A stretch of 64,000 nucleotides of DNA, taken from positions 29,078,001-29,142,000 of the forward strand of contig NC_083288.1 in assembly GCF_963506605.1 (NCBI RefSeq), in the 5' to 3' direction. Shown here piece after piece: positions 49,298-61,537 of the stretch; within the stretch, counting starts at the first letter, position 1, and each line of letters opens with the position of its first letter. The notes under the pieces are model-generated. The model had not been told where the DNA came from. It made no database searches and worked only from the letters and a program-made list of their open reading frames with translations. This DNA comes from Zootoca vivipara. Lineage: Eukaryota. The translations under genes and the position numbers were made by a program.

Positions 49298-49676
49298 CAT
49301 AGCTGTCAAGTCTCCCATTTTTCGTGGGAAAACCCCATATTTAAATCTGTTTCCCGCTGTTATCCTGAATTGAAAAATATCCTGTAAATCCCCCGGGATT
49401 GCTGAGTGCTGCTGAAAATTGCCCATGTGCAGAAGCGATTTCTGGTGCCCAGACATGCGCACACGGGCAGCCCAGCACCGGCAGTTGCTTCTGCACATGT
49501 CTGAGCATGCGCAGAACCGGTTTACGGTGCCGCTCTGCCCATGTCTGGGCACTGGAAATCAAGCAGAGCCGGCACCGGAAGTTGCTTCTGCGCATGTCTG
49601 GACGTGTGCAGAAGTGACTTCCAGTGCTGTGCTGCTGCTGATCCCTTATTTTCCAATCCGGAAGTTGACAGCTATG
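49298..49676. mobile_element. Non-autonomous hAT element (379 bp)
   Basis: Perfect 12-bp TIR CATAGCTGTCAA / TTGACAGCTATG; perfect 8-bp TSD GACTAACT. Confidence 0.88.
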
Positions 49677-51103
49677 GACTAACTACAACCATGCTGAACC
49701 GCATCTTCACTCCCTCCAAAGTTGGTCTTCATTTGCCTTAGATTATTATCTAGACTGATGAAGGACTGTGTATAATTCAAGTCCTTGTATTGTGTACTTT
49801 ATGCAGCTGCTGGTATGCACACAATGCATTGCATGACCCACTCCATTCATGTTATTCTAATCACACATGCCTACCTAGTCTTTTTGATCCATCCATCCAT
49901 TTATTTATTTAATAAAATTTATATACTGCTTGGTTGTAGGGAAAGACCTGAAAGAGGTTTGGAGTCCAGCCCCTATTACCCAGAGGAAATTAGATGGGTG
50001 AAATTTAGATTGCATTGAAAAGCTGTATTTTCAATTACTTTAAAAATATGAGGTTTCTGGAAGTAATTGTAGTTTCTTGCATCACCCAAGGATGAAATGC
50101 ATAATTTTTTTTTTGTTACCCATTCTTACCCCCATGGAATAGTTAGCAGAATATTCCCAAACGTATTCCTTCAAAATTCAGTTGCATCAAGAATGAGATC
50201 ACATATATGAAAATATCTTTGTTTGGTGCATCATTGTGCACAGCTCTGAAGCATGAATCAGCAGTTACTTCTTTTGCAAAGTAAGATTTTAAGGGAGTAA
50301 GGTATGATTGTTACATCTAAATCAAAGAACTTTTTATTACGATTGACTGTGTTTTAATTCTGGTATGTGTGTTTGTAATGAAGAGAGACACTTTTATAGC
50401 TAGATATTGTTAGGAGAATCTCAACTGTGAGATATTCTATCTATATCTATCTATTTATCATCTACCTACCTATGCATCCATCCATCCATCTATCTATCTT
50501 CATTTTACAACTAAGAAAATTCAAGCACTTAAAGAGATAAATAAAGAAATACAAATGATTCTAATCAAACTAGTGTGTGTTCTTCAGTGTTTTACCTTAC
50601 CCTGCCTACAAAGTCACAGATCACAGTGAAGAAAAGTTGCAGTGCTCGTACCATTCAAATAGGAATTCAGTTTCCTTTTCTGATCACATGCCCCCCTCCC
50701 CCAGTGTGCTCCTTAAGGTCGCTGAACCCCCTAGAGCAGGTTTTAAGGATGTGTGGGTGCTTCAGGAGAATCTAAGTTCCCATGTACAAGTGGAATCTCT
50801 TCTGTGAGTGGAACAGCTGTGTTGAGTACAACCCATTGTACCTGAGTGCTTTCCATTTCATGGCTAATAGGAGGTTGCAATTTGAAGACTGCTTCACCAA
50901 GGAGATCAGATGATGGTGAAGCACACTGTAAAATGGGTGGAAGAGCTGTGGGTAGCCTCAAGGTTTTAGTGGAATCCAAGTTCCATTGTCCCTGGCTAAC
51001 ATGGGAAAGAGTCCACTAACAATTGGAAAACCTCAAGTTCTTCATCCCAGCCTTAAAAGCTGTGATGCAAGGGGGCAAAGAAATTAAGTTGTGACTTAAA
51101 AAA

Positions 51104-51904
51104 AAAAATTGAGAAGAAACCAGAAATTATTTTATTAAGCATGGTGCCAGACAATTTCCCTGAGGATAGGAAAAATATACTACAATATGCATGCGCGGCA
51201 GCTCGTATCTTTATAGCCAAAAATTGGAAAGGGGAGAAAGTACCAACAATTGATGAATGGGAAGAAAAATTAGTGGAGTTTATTAATTTGGCAAAGATGA
51301 CAGCAGCAATCAGAAATATTTCGGTATAAAAAAGCAAGGCAGAATGGAAATATGTAGAAGAATATTTAAGAAAAAAAGATAGATACATATTTGGTGATAT
51401 GCTTCGATTGAAATACATCTAGAACAAATAATAATTTTTTAATAAATAGATAATGGCTCAACATAGCAGTTAATTTATGTATAGAGATAAGCATATATAG
51501 ATATATTGGTATATGGCTATTAGAGAAGTATTAAGGTAGACAAATTAGACTAAAATAAGTAAGAAAAAGAAGAGCAGGATAAGTAATAATTGATAACGGA
51601 AAGCGATGTTCAAACAATAGGAAGTCTTTTTTTAAAAATAATAATATATATGTATGGTATTTTTTGCGTCTTCTTTCTTTTCTGTATGAGTTTTTCTTTT
51701 TTTCTTTTTTCTTTCTCCTTTTATGGGTAAGCATATGTACATATATGTTATACGTTTTACCTTTTCTTCTTCCCTCCCCCCCTTTTTTTCTCTCTTGTAT
51801 TTTCTCTGTCTTTATTTATGATTTGGAACTGGTTTTTGTAATTTCAATTCATGAGTTTGTGTTTGTAATTTTAAAATATGAAATAAAGTCTTTTTTTAAA
51901 AAAG
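51104..51904 (+). mobile_element. L1-clade LINE, 5'-truncated
   Basis: ORF2 C-terminus (AAARIFIAKNWK...PTIDEW), AATAAA and short A tail; 16-bp TSD GTTGTGACTTAAAAAA (51088-51103, 51905-51920); empty site in unit B at about 56930. Confidence 0.88.
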
Positions 51905-52779
51905 GTTGTGACTTAAAAAATAATCTGCATGAATGAGTTCTGGCAGCATCAATGATAACAATGTGATGGTATTGAACAGGTGATGCCTTTTTTAAAGTGT
52001 TGTGCTTTGCTGAGATATAATGTGGCTCTGTACAGTTATAAAACACAATTGGTGATAATCTTAATCCAAATGCATGTACAACTGGATCAGGTTTACTCTT
52101 TTATGTTTTTTTTAGGAATTCATACAAGTCATCAGAAGCATTGGTAGATTATTGACCATGAACAATTATGTCACGATAGACTTGTTAATATGTAGAGAGC
52201 TGCCTCATTGACCACGTTTTTGGTCAAAAGTGGGGGAAACACAACACAGATTCTTTATTGCATCCTTTTTTTCTCAACATGACCTGTACTCTAGCAATGT
52301 GCATGCACTTGGAGGGATAGGGGATCTACGAAGAAGCTGAAAATGGAACAGAATTGTGTCTACACAGTGCTCATTGAAAATTGAGAAATATGGAAGGAAC
52401 CATGGGAGAATTCTTGAATTTATTGGTTTTATTTCATGGGGGGAAGCCAGTTAATTTAGAACTCCAAATGATCAGAAGGAATTTGGGATAATTTGGCATA
52501 ACTTTTACCTGTGGAAAGATTATCCTGATCATAATGGCTTTATCTTACTTCCATTGTCACAGACTGCAATCCTCTTTGTGGAGAGAGCTATTGCATTAAT
52601 GTCCTGTTTGAGGGTTCCTGTAGGCTTCTGTTTTGCCACGGTGAGAATAGGATTATGCACTAGGTAGGATTATGCACTAGATGGGCCTTTTGGATGCTCC
52701 AGATGCCTCTACTATAATTACCTGATTTAATTAATGATCTCTATATGTTGTTTCCTTTTCCACACAGGATATCCATTCT

Positions 52780-53736
52780 ATGGAAAAACTAGGTGAGAAC
52801 CAGACCAATCTGAACGAGTTTATTCTGGAGGGATTTTCATATCTTGCTGAACTGCAAATATTGCTGTTTTTTGTTTTTCTGGTGACATACATAATCACCT
52901 TGCTGGGGAACATGCTCATAATTCTGCTTGTAAAACTCAACCCTTCTCTTCAGACTCCCATGTACTTCTTCTTAGTGAACCTATCATTCTTAGAAATGTG
53001 TTACACCACTAGTGTGGTGCCCCAGATGCTGGTACATTTGCTAACAGAGCATAAAAGCATATCCCTAGCAAGATGTGCAGCCCAGATGTATGCCTTCACC
53101 ATCATGGGGCTGACAGAATGTTGCCTCCTGGCAGCTATGGCATATGACCGCTATGTTGCCATATGCCATCCATTGCACTACACAGTAATCATGAATCACC
53201 AAGTCTGTACACAGTTGGCAGCCGCAGCATGGATTATTTGCTTCTTGGTACAAGTTGTCCAAATAACATGGATCTTCAGTTTACCCTTCTGTGGTTCGAA
53301 ACACATCCAGCACTTCTTTTGTGATATCCTACCAGTGATGAAAATGGCATGCATAGACACCTACAAAAATGAGATTGTTGTCATGGCAGTGTCTATTATT
53401 TTCATCATGAGTCCTTTCCTGCTGATCATCCTCTCCTACATTCGTATAATTTCAACCATCCTCAAACTTCCTTCTGCTAAGGGAAGGAGAAAAGCCTTCT
53501 CCACTTGCTCCTCACACCTCATGGTGGTGACACTATTTTTTGGGACAACCCTCTTCACCTACTTAATACCTAAGTCCAGCTACACTCCACGGAGTGACCA
53601 AATGATTTCTCTTGTATACACAGTTGTCAGTCCGTTTTTGAACCCCATAATATATACCCTAAGAAATAAAGAAGTGAAGGGAGCATTTAAAAATACAGTT
53701 TCAAGGGTTTTCTCTGTACAGAACCCAACAAGTTGA
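52780..53736 (+). CDS. Olfactory receptor, family 10-like, array copy 2 (318 aa)
   Basis: Intact ORF with all OR motifs. Confidence 0.97.
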   Translation: MEKLGENQTNLNEFILEGFSYLAELQILLFFVFLVTYIITLLGNMLIILLVKLNPSLQTPMYFFLVNLSFLEMCYTTSVVPQMLVHLLTEHKSISLARCAAQMYAFTIMGLTECCLLAAMAYDRYVAICHPLHYTVIMNHQVCTQLAAAAWIICFLVQVVQITWIFSLPFCGSKHIQHFFCDILPVMKMACIDTYKNEIVVMAVSIIFIMSPFLLIILSYIRIISTILKLPSAKGRRKAFSTCSSHLMVVTLFFGTTLFTYLIPKSSYTPRSDQMISLVYTVVSPFLNPIIYTLRNKEVKGAFKNTVSRVFSVQNPTS

Positions 53737-54074
53737 AAATCTGAACCATTGAGTATGGCCACAAGAAATATCAATAAACACAGAACATATCATTGGTGAG
53801 TAAATGACTGTAAGTATATTGTTAAGGTCCAATTTATAACAGATATTACAGAAATGAACCTGATTCCAACCTTGCAACCTAAATCACCTGTACCACAGCG
53901 ATAATTTTGGAGTGATTCTTTGGTTTAACCAGAAATCTGTACCTTCTTTGATGATTAGATTTCTTATACTGTTTGCTATACCGGAACCTTTACAGCATGA
54001 TTAGTTTACTCCTACTTGTAGTGTATTTTTCCCCTTTTAAAAAAACTCACACTCAGATGCTTACTGTATGAAAT

Positions 54075-55242
54075 ATTTCTTCAGAAATGGTGGACAACTG
54101 GGCGCTGCCCAGAAAGATCTACATCAGTAAAGTACCTCCAATGCTACCAATATCAAGAATGCTTTGATGGTGTTTCCTGCTCGGCAGGGTGTTGGACTGC
54201 ATGGCCCTTGTGGTCTCTTCCAACTATATGATTCTATGATTCTACTATACAGGGTGGAAATATGGGGATGGAACATGAATGTACTCCAGCGTCTGGAGTC
54301 TCTGCAAAATCTCCTAGCAAGAAAGATCTTGGGCCTCCCTAATGGGGCCATGGCCCCCCAATTGAGACTAGAATTGGGATTACCCTCTATAGTAGCTAAA
54401 GCCCATACCAGGATAATTATCTACTACAAATCCCTTGCAGAAATTCAAAACTCCCGATTAGTTAAACAAGCCTTTACAGCCCTTACCGGCAGCAGTACCT
54501 GGTCTAAGGCCATGGAATTCATCTGTGACCGCTACTCCCTTCCAGACTTTGCTGCCCTGACCTCATGGGGCAACGATAAAATCCGCAGTTGGATCCTAGC
54601 TAGGGATGAAGCTTTCGATCTAGCACAATCTAAGGCGGCCAAACTCTCCACGTGGCTTCCCCACGTGAAGGCAGCTAGATCTTTGGCCCACTATCTGAGC
54701 GAATTGACAAACCCCACGTTAAGAAGGCCCTTCACACTAGCTCGATTCCACATCATCCCCACAGCATTCTTACATGGCGTTTTTTTCCAACACACCATTG
54801 AACCTTCAACTCTGTCCATGCAATGAGAGAAAGATTGAGGACTATATACACTTTTTCTTTTACTGTCCTCAGTAAGATCCAGGCCTCTCTCTTTAATCCC
54901 GACGACCATCTCACAGGACATTGACCGCATGAACTACTTATTCGTGGACGCCAACTCCTTGGTTTCACGTGATGTGGCCATCTACATTTTACAGGCCCTG
55001 AAACTCGGGGCCACCTTTTTGGCTAACTTGCCCAGCCCCAGTCCTATGTAAATTCCTGCTATACTCACAGTCGACACACCTTGCTTTGCCTTTTACCTTA
55101 CCAGTCGCACTCAGCTGGATTCTATATTTAATGTTATAATTGTATTTGTTGTATTCTATATTGTTGTGTGACAGTTACCTGTTTGATCTTTTACATGTGC
55201 TATGGCTATATGGCTAATGCAATAAACTTTTGATTTGAGATT
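54075..55242 (+). mobile_element. 5'-truncated LINE, RTE-X-like, with a nested CR1-type 3' tail (~54147-54244)
   Basis: LY.VEIWG...LESLQN..ARKILGLP...LRLELG...FTLARF remnant; AATAAA and GATTT-type tail; 10-bp TSD TGTATGAAAT (54065-54074, 55243-55252); absent from unit B; clade call tentative. Confidence 0.75.
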
Positions 55243-55554
55243 TGTATGAAATTTAAACAGAAAAGGGATTTAATTCACAACAAGAATAATAAACAGAAAT
55301 AATATGGGAGTTCAAAATCTTCAAAGAAACAGCAAACTATATACACACTGAACTCATCTGATATCACAGGCTTTTCAATAAGTTGGTAAGTGTACAGCTT
55401 TGATTTTCTTCAGTTACTTAAACTTATCACAGACATGGTACAGGTTAGGTTTCAATAACTGGGGATTCTGAAACAGGTTGGTACTTTCTGTCAGATGAGT
55501 TCTAATCTGCCAATTATCCTTCCCAACTAGAAATCTCTAGAAGTCTTAGTGGCA

Positions 55555-55628
55555 AGGCACGTGGGTGGTGCTGTGGTCTAAACCACTGAGCCTCTTGGGC
55601 TTGTCAATCGGAAGGTCTGCGGTTTGGA
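55555..55628 (+). mobile_element. Sauria SINE 5' fragment
   Basis: GGGTGGTGCTGTGGTCTAAACCACTGAGCCT...GAAGGTC.GCGGTT. Confidence 0.65.
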
Positions 55629-55637
55629 CTTGGGATA

Positions 55638-55810
55638 TTCTGTGATATCCCACCATTAGTAAAAATGGTGTGCATAGACACCTCCAAATATGAAATTGCT
55701 GTCCATTCTTGCTGAACATTGTCTCCTGCATCCATATGATTTGGGCTACCCTTAAATTTCATTCTGCTCCTCACACTTCATGGTAGTGAAATTATTCTAT
55801 GGGATAGCCT
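55638..55810 (+). pseudogene. OR10-like pseudogene fragment (ECL2 to TM6, internally deleted)
   Basis: Reads FCDIPPLVKMVCIDTSKYEIAV, then PFLLNIVS, then CSSHFMVVKLFYG, in shifted frames. Confidence 0.85.
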
Positions 55811-56211
55811 CAAAGAGGTTTTGAGTCCAGCCCCTTTTACCCACAGGAAATTAGATAGGTGAAATTTAGATTGCATTGAAAAGCTGTATTTTCAATTACT
55901 TTAAAAATGTGAGGTTTCTGGAAGGAATTGTAATTTCTTGCATCACCCAAGGATTAAATGCATAATTTTTTTTGTTACCCCCATGGAATAGTTAGCAGAA
56001 TATTCCCAAACGTATTCCTCCAAAATTCAGTTGCATCAAGAATGAGATCACATATATGAAAATATCTTTGTTTGGTGCATCATTGTGCACAGGTCTGAAG
56101 CACGAAACAGCAATTACTTCTTTTGCAAAGTAAGATTTTTGGGGGAGTAAGGTATGATTGTTACATCTAAATCAAAGAACTTTTTATTACGATTGACTGT
56201 GTTTTAATTCT

Positions 56212-56212
<1 letters not shown>

Positions 56213-56257
<45 letters not shown>
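56213..56257. repeat. (GT)n microsatellite expanded in unit B only
   Basis: Unit A has GTATGTGTGTTTGT at the same site (about 50362). Confidence 0.9.
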
Positions 56258-56260
<3 letters not shown>

Positions 56261-57825
56261 GGAAGAGAGACACTTTTATAGCTAGATACTGTTAGGAGAA
56301 TCTCAACTGTGAAATATTCCACCATCTATCTACCTATCTATCATCTATCTATCTATCTAATCTATCATCATCATCTTCATTTTTATTTTACAACCAAGAA
56401 AATTCAAGCCATGAAAGAAATGAAGAAATAAAGAAATATAAATGATTCAAATCAAACTAGAGTGTGTTTTTCAGTGTACCTTACTCTACCTACAAAGCCA
56501 CAGTAAAGAAAAGTTACAGTGCTCATACCATTCAAGCAATGGGACTTGAGTTTCATTTTCTGATCACATGTGCCCCCCTCCCACAGTGTGCTCCATAAGA
56601 GCAAATTTTGAGGGTATGTGGGTGCTTCTAATTTCCTATGCACAAGTGGAATCTCTTCCGTGAGTGGAACAGTAATGTTGAGTACAACCTATTTCATGGC
56701 TAATAGGAGGTTGCAATTTGAAGACTGCTTCACCAAACAGATCAGCTGATGCTGAAGCACACTGTAAAATGGGTGGGAGAGCTGTAGGTAGCTGTGGGAG
56801 AGCTTGGGTAAAATCCAAGTTCCATTGTCCCTGGCTGCCATGCGAAAGAGTCCACTAACAGTAAGAAAATCGCAAGTTCTTCATTCCAGCCTTAAAAGCT
56901 GTGATGCAAGGGGGCAAAGAAATTAAGTTGTGATTTAAAAAATAATCTGCATGAATGAGTTCTGGCAGCATCAATGATAACAATGTGATGGTATTGATGG
57001 TGCCTTTTTTAAAGTGTTATGCTTTGCTGAGATATAATGTGCTTTGCTGAGATATAATGAGATATAATGTGGCTCTGTACAGTGATAAAGCACAACTGGT
57101 GATAATCTTAATCCAAATGCATGTGCAACTGGATCAGGTTTACTCTTTTATGTTTTTTTTTAGGAATTCATACAAGTCATCAGAAGCATTGGTAGATTAT
57201 TGACCATAAACAATTATGTCACGATAGACTTGTTAATATGTAGAGAGCTGCCTCATTGACCACGTTTTTGGTCAAAAGTGGGGGAAACACAACACAGATT
57301 CTTTATTGCATCCTTTTTTTCTCAACATGACCTGTACTCTAGAATGTGCATGCAATAGGAGGGATAGGGGATCTACGAAGAAGCTGAAAATGGAACAGAA
57401 TTGTGTCTACACAGTGCTCATTGAAAATTGAGAAATATGGAAGGAACCATGGGAGAATTCTTGAATTTATTGGTTTTATTTCATGGGGGGAAGCCAGTTA
57501 ATTTAGAACTCCAAATGATCAGAAGGAATTTGGGATAATTTGGCATAACTTTTACCTGTGGAAAGATTATCCTGATGATAATGGCTTTATCTTACTTCCA
57601 TTGTCACAGACTGCAATCCTCATTGTGGAGAGAGCTATTGCATTAATGTCCTGTTTGAGGGTGCCTGTAGGCTTCTGTTTTGCCACGGTGAGAATAGGAT
57701 TATGCACTAGGTAGGATTATGCACTAGATGGGCCTTTTGGATGCTCCAGATGCCTCTACTATAATTACCTGATTAATTAATGATCTGTATATGTTGTTTC
57801 CTTTTCCACACAGGATATCCATTCT

Positions 57826-58782
57826 ATGGAAAAACTAGGTGAGAACCAGACCAATCTGAATGAGTTCATTCTGGAGGGGTTTTCATACCTTGCTGAACTG
57901 CAAATCTTGCTGTTTTTCGTTTTTCTGGTGACATACATAATCACCTTACTGGGGAACATGCTCATAATTCTGCTTGTAAAACTCAACCCTTCTCTTCACA
58001 CTCCCATGTACTACTTCTTAGTGAACCTATCATTCTTAGAAATGTGTTACACCACTAGTGTGGTGCCCCAGATGCTGGTACATTTGCTAACAGAGCATAA
58101 AAGCATATCCCTAGCAAGATGTGCAGCCCAGATGTATGCCTTCACCATCCTGGGGCTGACAGAATGTTGCCTCCTGGCAGCTATGGCATATGACCGCTAT
58201 GTTGCCATATGCCATCCATTGCAATACACGGTAATCATGAACCACCGAGTATGTGTACAGCTTGCAGCTGCATCATGGATTACTTGCATCTCAGTAGAAA
58301 TTGCTCAAACAACATGGATCTTCAGTTTACCCTTCTGTGGTTCTAAACACATCCAGCACTTCTTTTGTGATATCCTACCAGTGGTGAAAATGGCATGCAC
58401 AGACACCTCCAAAAATGAGATTGTTGTCATGGCAGTGTCTACTATTTTCATCATGAGTCCTTTTCTGCTGATCATCCTCTCCTACATCCGTATAATTTCA
58501 ACCATCCTCAAACTTCCTTCTGCTAAGGGAAGGAGAAAAGCCTTCTCCACTTGCTCTTCACACCTCATGGTGGTGACCCTATTTTTTGGGACAGCCCTCT
58601 TCACCTACTTAATACCCAAGTCCAGCTACACTCCGCGGAGTGACCAAATGATTTCTCTTATGTACACAGTTGTCAGTCCATTCTTGAACCCCATAATATA
58701 TACCCTAAGAAATAAAGAAGTGAAGGGAGCATTTAAGAAGACAGTTTCAAGGTTGTTCTCTGTACAGAACCCAACAAGTTGA
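57826..58782 (+). CDS. Olfactory receptor, family 10-like, array copy 3 (318 aa)
   Basis: Intact ORF with all OR motifs; closest paralogue of 52780-53736. Confidence 0.97.
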   Translation: MEKLGENQTNLNEFILEGFSYLAELQILLFFVFLVTYIITLLGNMLIILLVKLNPSLHTPMYYFLVNLSFLEMCYTTSVVPQMLVHLLTEHKSISLARCAAQMYAFTILGLTECCLLAAMAYDRYVAICHPLQYTVIMNHRVCVQLAAASWITCISVEIAQTTWIFSLPFCGSKHIQHFFCDILPVVKMACTDTSKNEIVVMAVSTIFIMSPFLLIILSYIRIISTILKLPSAKGRRKAFSTCSSHLMVVTLFFGTALFTYLIPKSSYTPRSDQMISLMYTVVSPFLNPIIYTLRNKEVKGAFKKTVSRLFSVQNPTS

Positions 58783-59124
58783 AATTCTGTACCATGGACT
58801 ATGGCAACAAGAAAAATAAACAAACACAGGACATATCATTGGTGATTATGGAGCTGTAAGGTCTAACTCATAACAGTTATTACAAAATTGAGCTTGATTA
58901 CAACCTAAATCACCTGTACCTCTGTGATAATTTTGGAGTGATTCTTTGGGTTAACCATAAATCTATACCTGCTTTGATGATTAGTTTTCTTATACTGTTT
59001 GCTATACCTTTACAGCATGATTTGTAGACTTCTACTTGTAATGTATTTTCCCCTTTTAAAAAAACTCATACTCATAGACTTACTGTATAAATTTTAAACA
59101 GAAAAAGTATTTAATTCACAACAA

Positions 59125-59356
59125 TTAAGAACTGTTCCGCCTGGCCTTTGGGTTGGACTTAGTCTGACCCCTGTGTTTTCCTCCCTCATGGCTTGGATTT
59201 ATGGACTACTTAAAATGAGGCTGCATTTTAAATTTTAATACTGTATTTTAATCTGTATTTTAATTAATTGCTTTTTATTTTTTGTTGTAATTTTATTGGT
59301 GTGAGCCGCCCTGAGCCCGGTTTTGACTGGGGAGGGTGGGGTATAAATACATTATT

Positions 59357-59392
<36 letters not shown>
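59125..59392 (+). mobile_element. L2-type LINE 3' end with (TTG)n tail
   Basis: Short TSD AACAA (59120-59124, 59393-59397); empty site in unit A at about 55280. Confidence 0.8.
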
Positions 59393-59501
59393 AACAAGAA
59401 TGTTAAACAGAAATAATATGGGAGTTGGAAATCTTCAAAGAAACTCAAACAACGAACTCATCTGATGTCACAGGCTTTTCAATAAGTTGGTAAGTGTACA
59501 G

Positions 59502-59795
59502 CAGGGGTCCCCAGACTACGGCCCGGGGGCCGGATGCGGCCCAATTAGCCTGCCAATCCGGCCCGCGGCGACCCCCGCCGCCCGCCGCTGCCGCCCGCTC
59601 TTACGGTGCGCAGCGCGGCAGCGCTCTTCCGGGTTGGGAAAAAAGCGCCGAAAATCCGTTGTGCGCATGCGTATGGGCCTCTCCCGACCCTGAAGAAGTC
59701 ATTTCTGGTGCACTTCCGGGTCGGGGGAGGCCCACGCGCATGCACACAACGGATTTTCGGCGCTTTTCCCACCCTGGAAGCGCGCCGCCGCGCCA
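59502..59795 (+). mobile_element. One-ended hAT-Charlie-like element with a long internal hairpin
   Basis: Left end CAGGGGTCCCCAGACTACGGCCCG; imperfect inverted repeat about 59630-59780; no matching right end or TSD found. Confidence 0.6.
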
Positions 59796-60689
59796 GTAAA
59801 GAAAAATGTGCTGAGTAATGAAATGTTTGTTTTTTCGAAGAGAGAACAATAATGGTATGAACAATAAGATCAAGATTCTATGGATATGCAACAAAGCAGT
59901 CAATAATAAGTCCTGGAACACAATCATATCCAAATACAGCCATATTTTGCAGGAACCTGCCAGCTATACGTTTGTCTTTTTATATAATTCATGAACGGCC
60001 ACCATTTACTTGAAACTCATAAAGTTACCTCGAAACTCATAAACTTCCATAAACTCATAAAGTTACCTCAAAACTCATAAAGAATGGATGAGTTTTTTTC
60101 AGATAATGAAATAAATGAAACCTTGTTAAAGCAAGTATCAATTGAGGGGGCTGGCTCCATGCAATGTCTTCACGTCATATGCACACGCCACACAGGTTGC
60201 CCACATGGCATGAGCATGTCACTGTGGGATATTCAGGGTGCCTGGCCCCCTCCTTTTTTTGGGGGGGGGAGACCCAAGGTCCCTCGGTCCCCACTAGCTG
60301 GCACCCCTGAAAAAGGCTGAGTTAGGCCTCCATCTCTGGCTAATGGCTAGTTGAGTGATGGCAAACAAATACATTATAAGGTGTTTACACATAAGGTCTG
60401 GATTGAGAGGAAATGCTAAGCCATTAAAGAGTTTAGCTTAGCATAGTGTTGCAGCAGGCAAAACAGTATCAGAGGAGCAAAGTGTCTGCAATTTCCTCCT
60501 TGGAATCCTCCACACTTGCACATTCCTGAAATCTTCCATCTCAAGTATCTTCTCGAAGATTAGTCAAATGATATTACCCTGCCCATGGCAAAAAAAATCT
60601 CCGCGGCAATAAGAAATAGAAATCAACATGCTCTGGATAAAACATAGTGACTGCCTTGGTATTTTTTTCTTTGTATCTCTGCTGCATTT

Positions 60690-61417
60690 TGCTTCCGAAA
60701 AGCAGGTTCTCCTTCATGGAGAGCCTGGGTTGCGGTGGGGGCTAACAGGACACCCTCCCCTGGGTGGGATTGACTAGATGACCAGGGATGCAATTGATGG
60801 ATTCTTGTTGTGGGGTAGATTTGGATGTTGCAATTTGGGGACAGCCCACTGGTTTTATATTCCTTGCTTGCAGCCTGGGCTTTCTCTTTCTCTTGCTGCG
60901 AGCTTCGGATCACCTGCCTACCCACCCTCCTCTTTATTTAGGCTGTTGCGTTTGACCTCGTTGTGCCTGTCATGGGGTCATCTGCTCTTGAGGCAGGGGC
61001 CTGGTAGGAATTTTTCCATTTGGCTGATTGGCTGGTGCCACTTGGTTTTCGCCTACTGCATAGCAATTCGTCACAACTTGTAAGGTTGTGGTTAGGCATT
61101 GGTTCATAAATTGGTTGGTGGAGGCTACGCAAGAGCCCCTGGGAACATTTGGCGGAGAGGCGAAGGGCCAGACTTCTGGCTCCATTCTCTCCCCAAAATG
61201 CTTTTCCCGCACTGACTCCAGGAAGCGGGTAAGTCAGTTAGTACTGTCTTAGTGACAGATGTATGTATGTGTATGTACGGAACCAATGCCTAAGCAACCA
61301 CTCACATTTTTGTATTTAAATAAAGTTGTGGCCAAAATTATGCCAAAAACCTTAAACTTAATTTATGTGTGAAGTATGGATTCTATTGGGGGGTGTCCTG
61401 GGGACCTCGACACACAA
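60690..61417 (+). mobile_element. Terminal region of a Ngaro/DIRS-like element
   Basis: ACCAATGCCTAAGC...AATAAAGTTGTGGCC...GACACACAA; homologous to the 25.3 kb and 37.5 kb copies; left boundary approximate. Confidence 0.55.
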
Positions 61418-61537
61418 TTGTTTTTGTGGGTCTTGGGACTGTAATAAAGAATGTATGTGAGTAACTATACTGTCCTTATTTGATCTAATTAATGCCCAGT
61501 TTCAATCTTTTCCTCTTCCATATAGGTTATCCATTCT

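Larger units (their letters stand above)
49951..59502 (+). repeat. Tandem segmental duplication: unit A ~49951-55398, unit B ~55812-59502
   Basis: Both start AAAGAGGTTT.GAGTCCAGCCCCT and end AATAAGTTGGTAAGTGTACAGC; colinear apart from unit-specific insertions; a more diverged third unit lies at about 44.6-48.9 kb. Confidence 0.92.

Noticed and set aside
54164-54826. 220-aa ORF as a host gene
   Set aside because: Chimera of a CR1-type tail and a truncated LINE ORF inside a TSD-bounded insertion
60013-60082. Four AAACTCATAAA repeats with short spacers, superficially CRISPR-like
   Set aside because: Units are about 19 bp, spacers repeat each other, there are no cas genes and the context is eukaryotic; it is a slippage minisatellite
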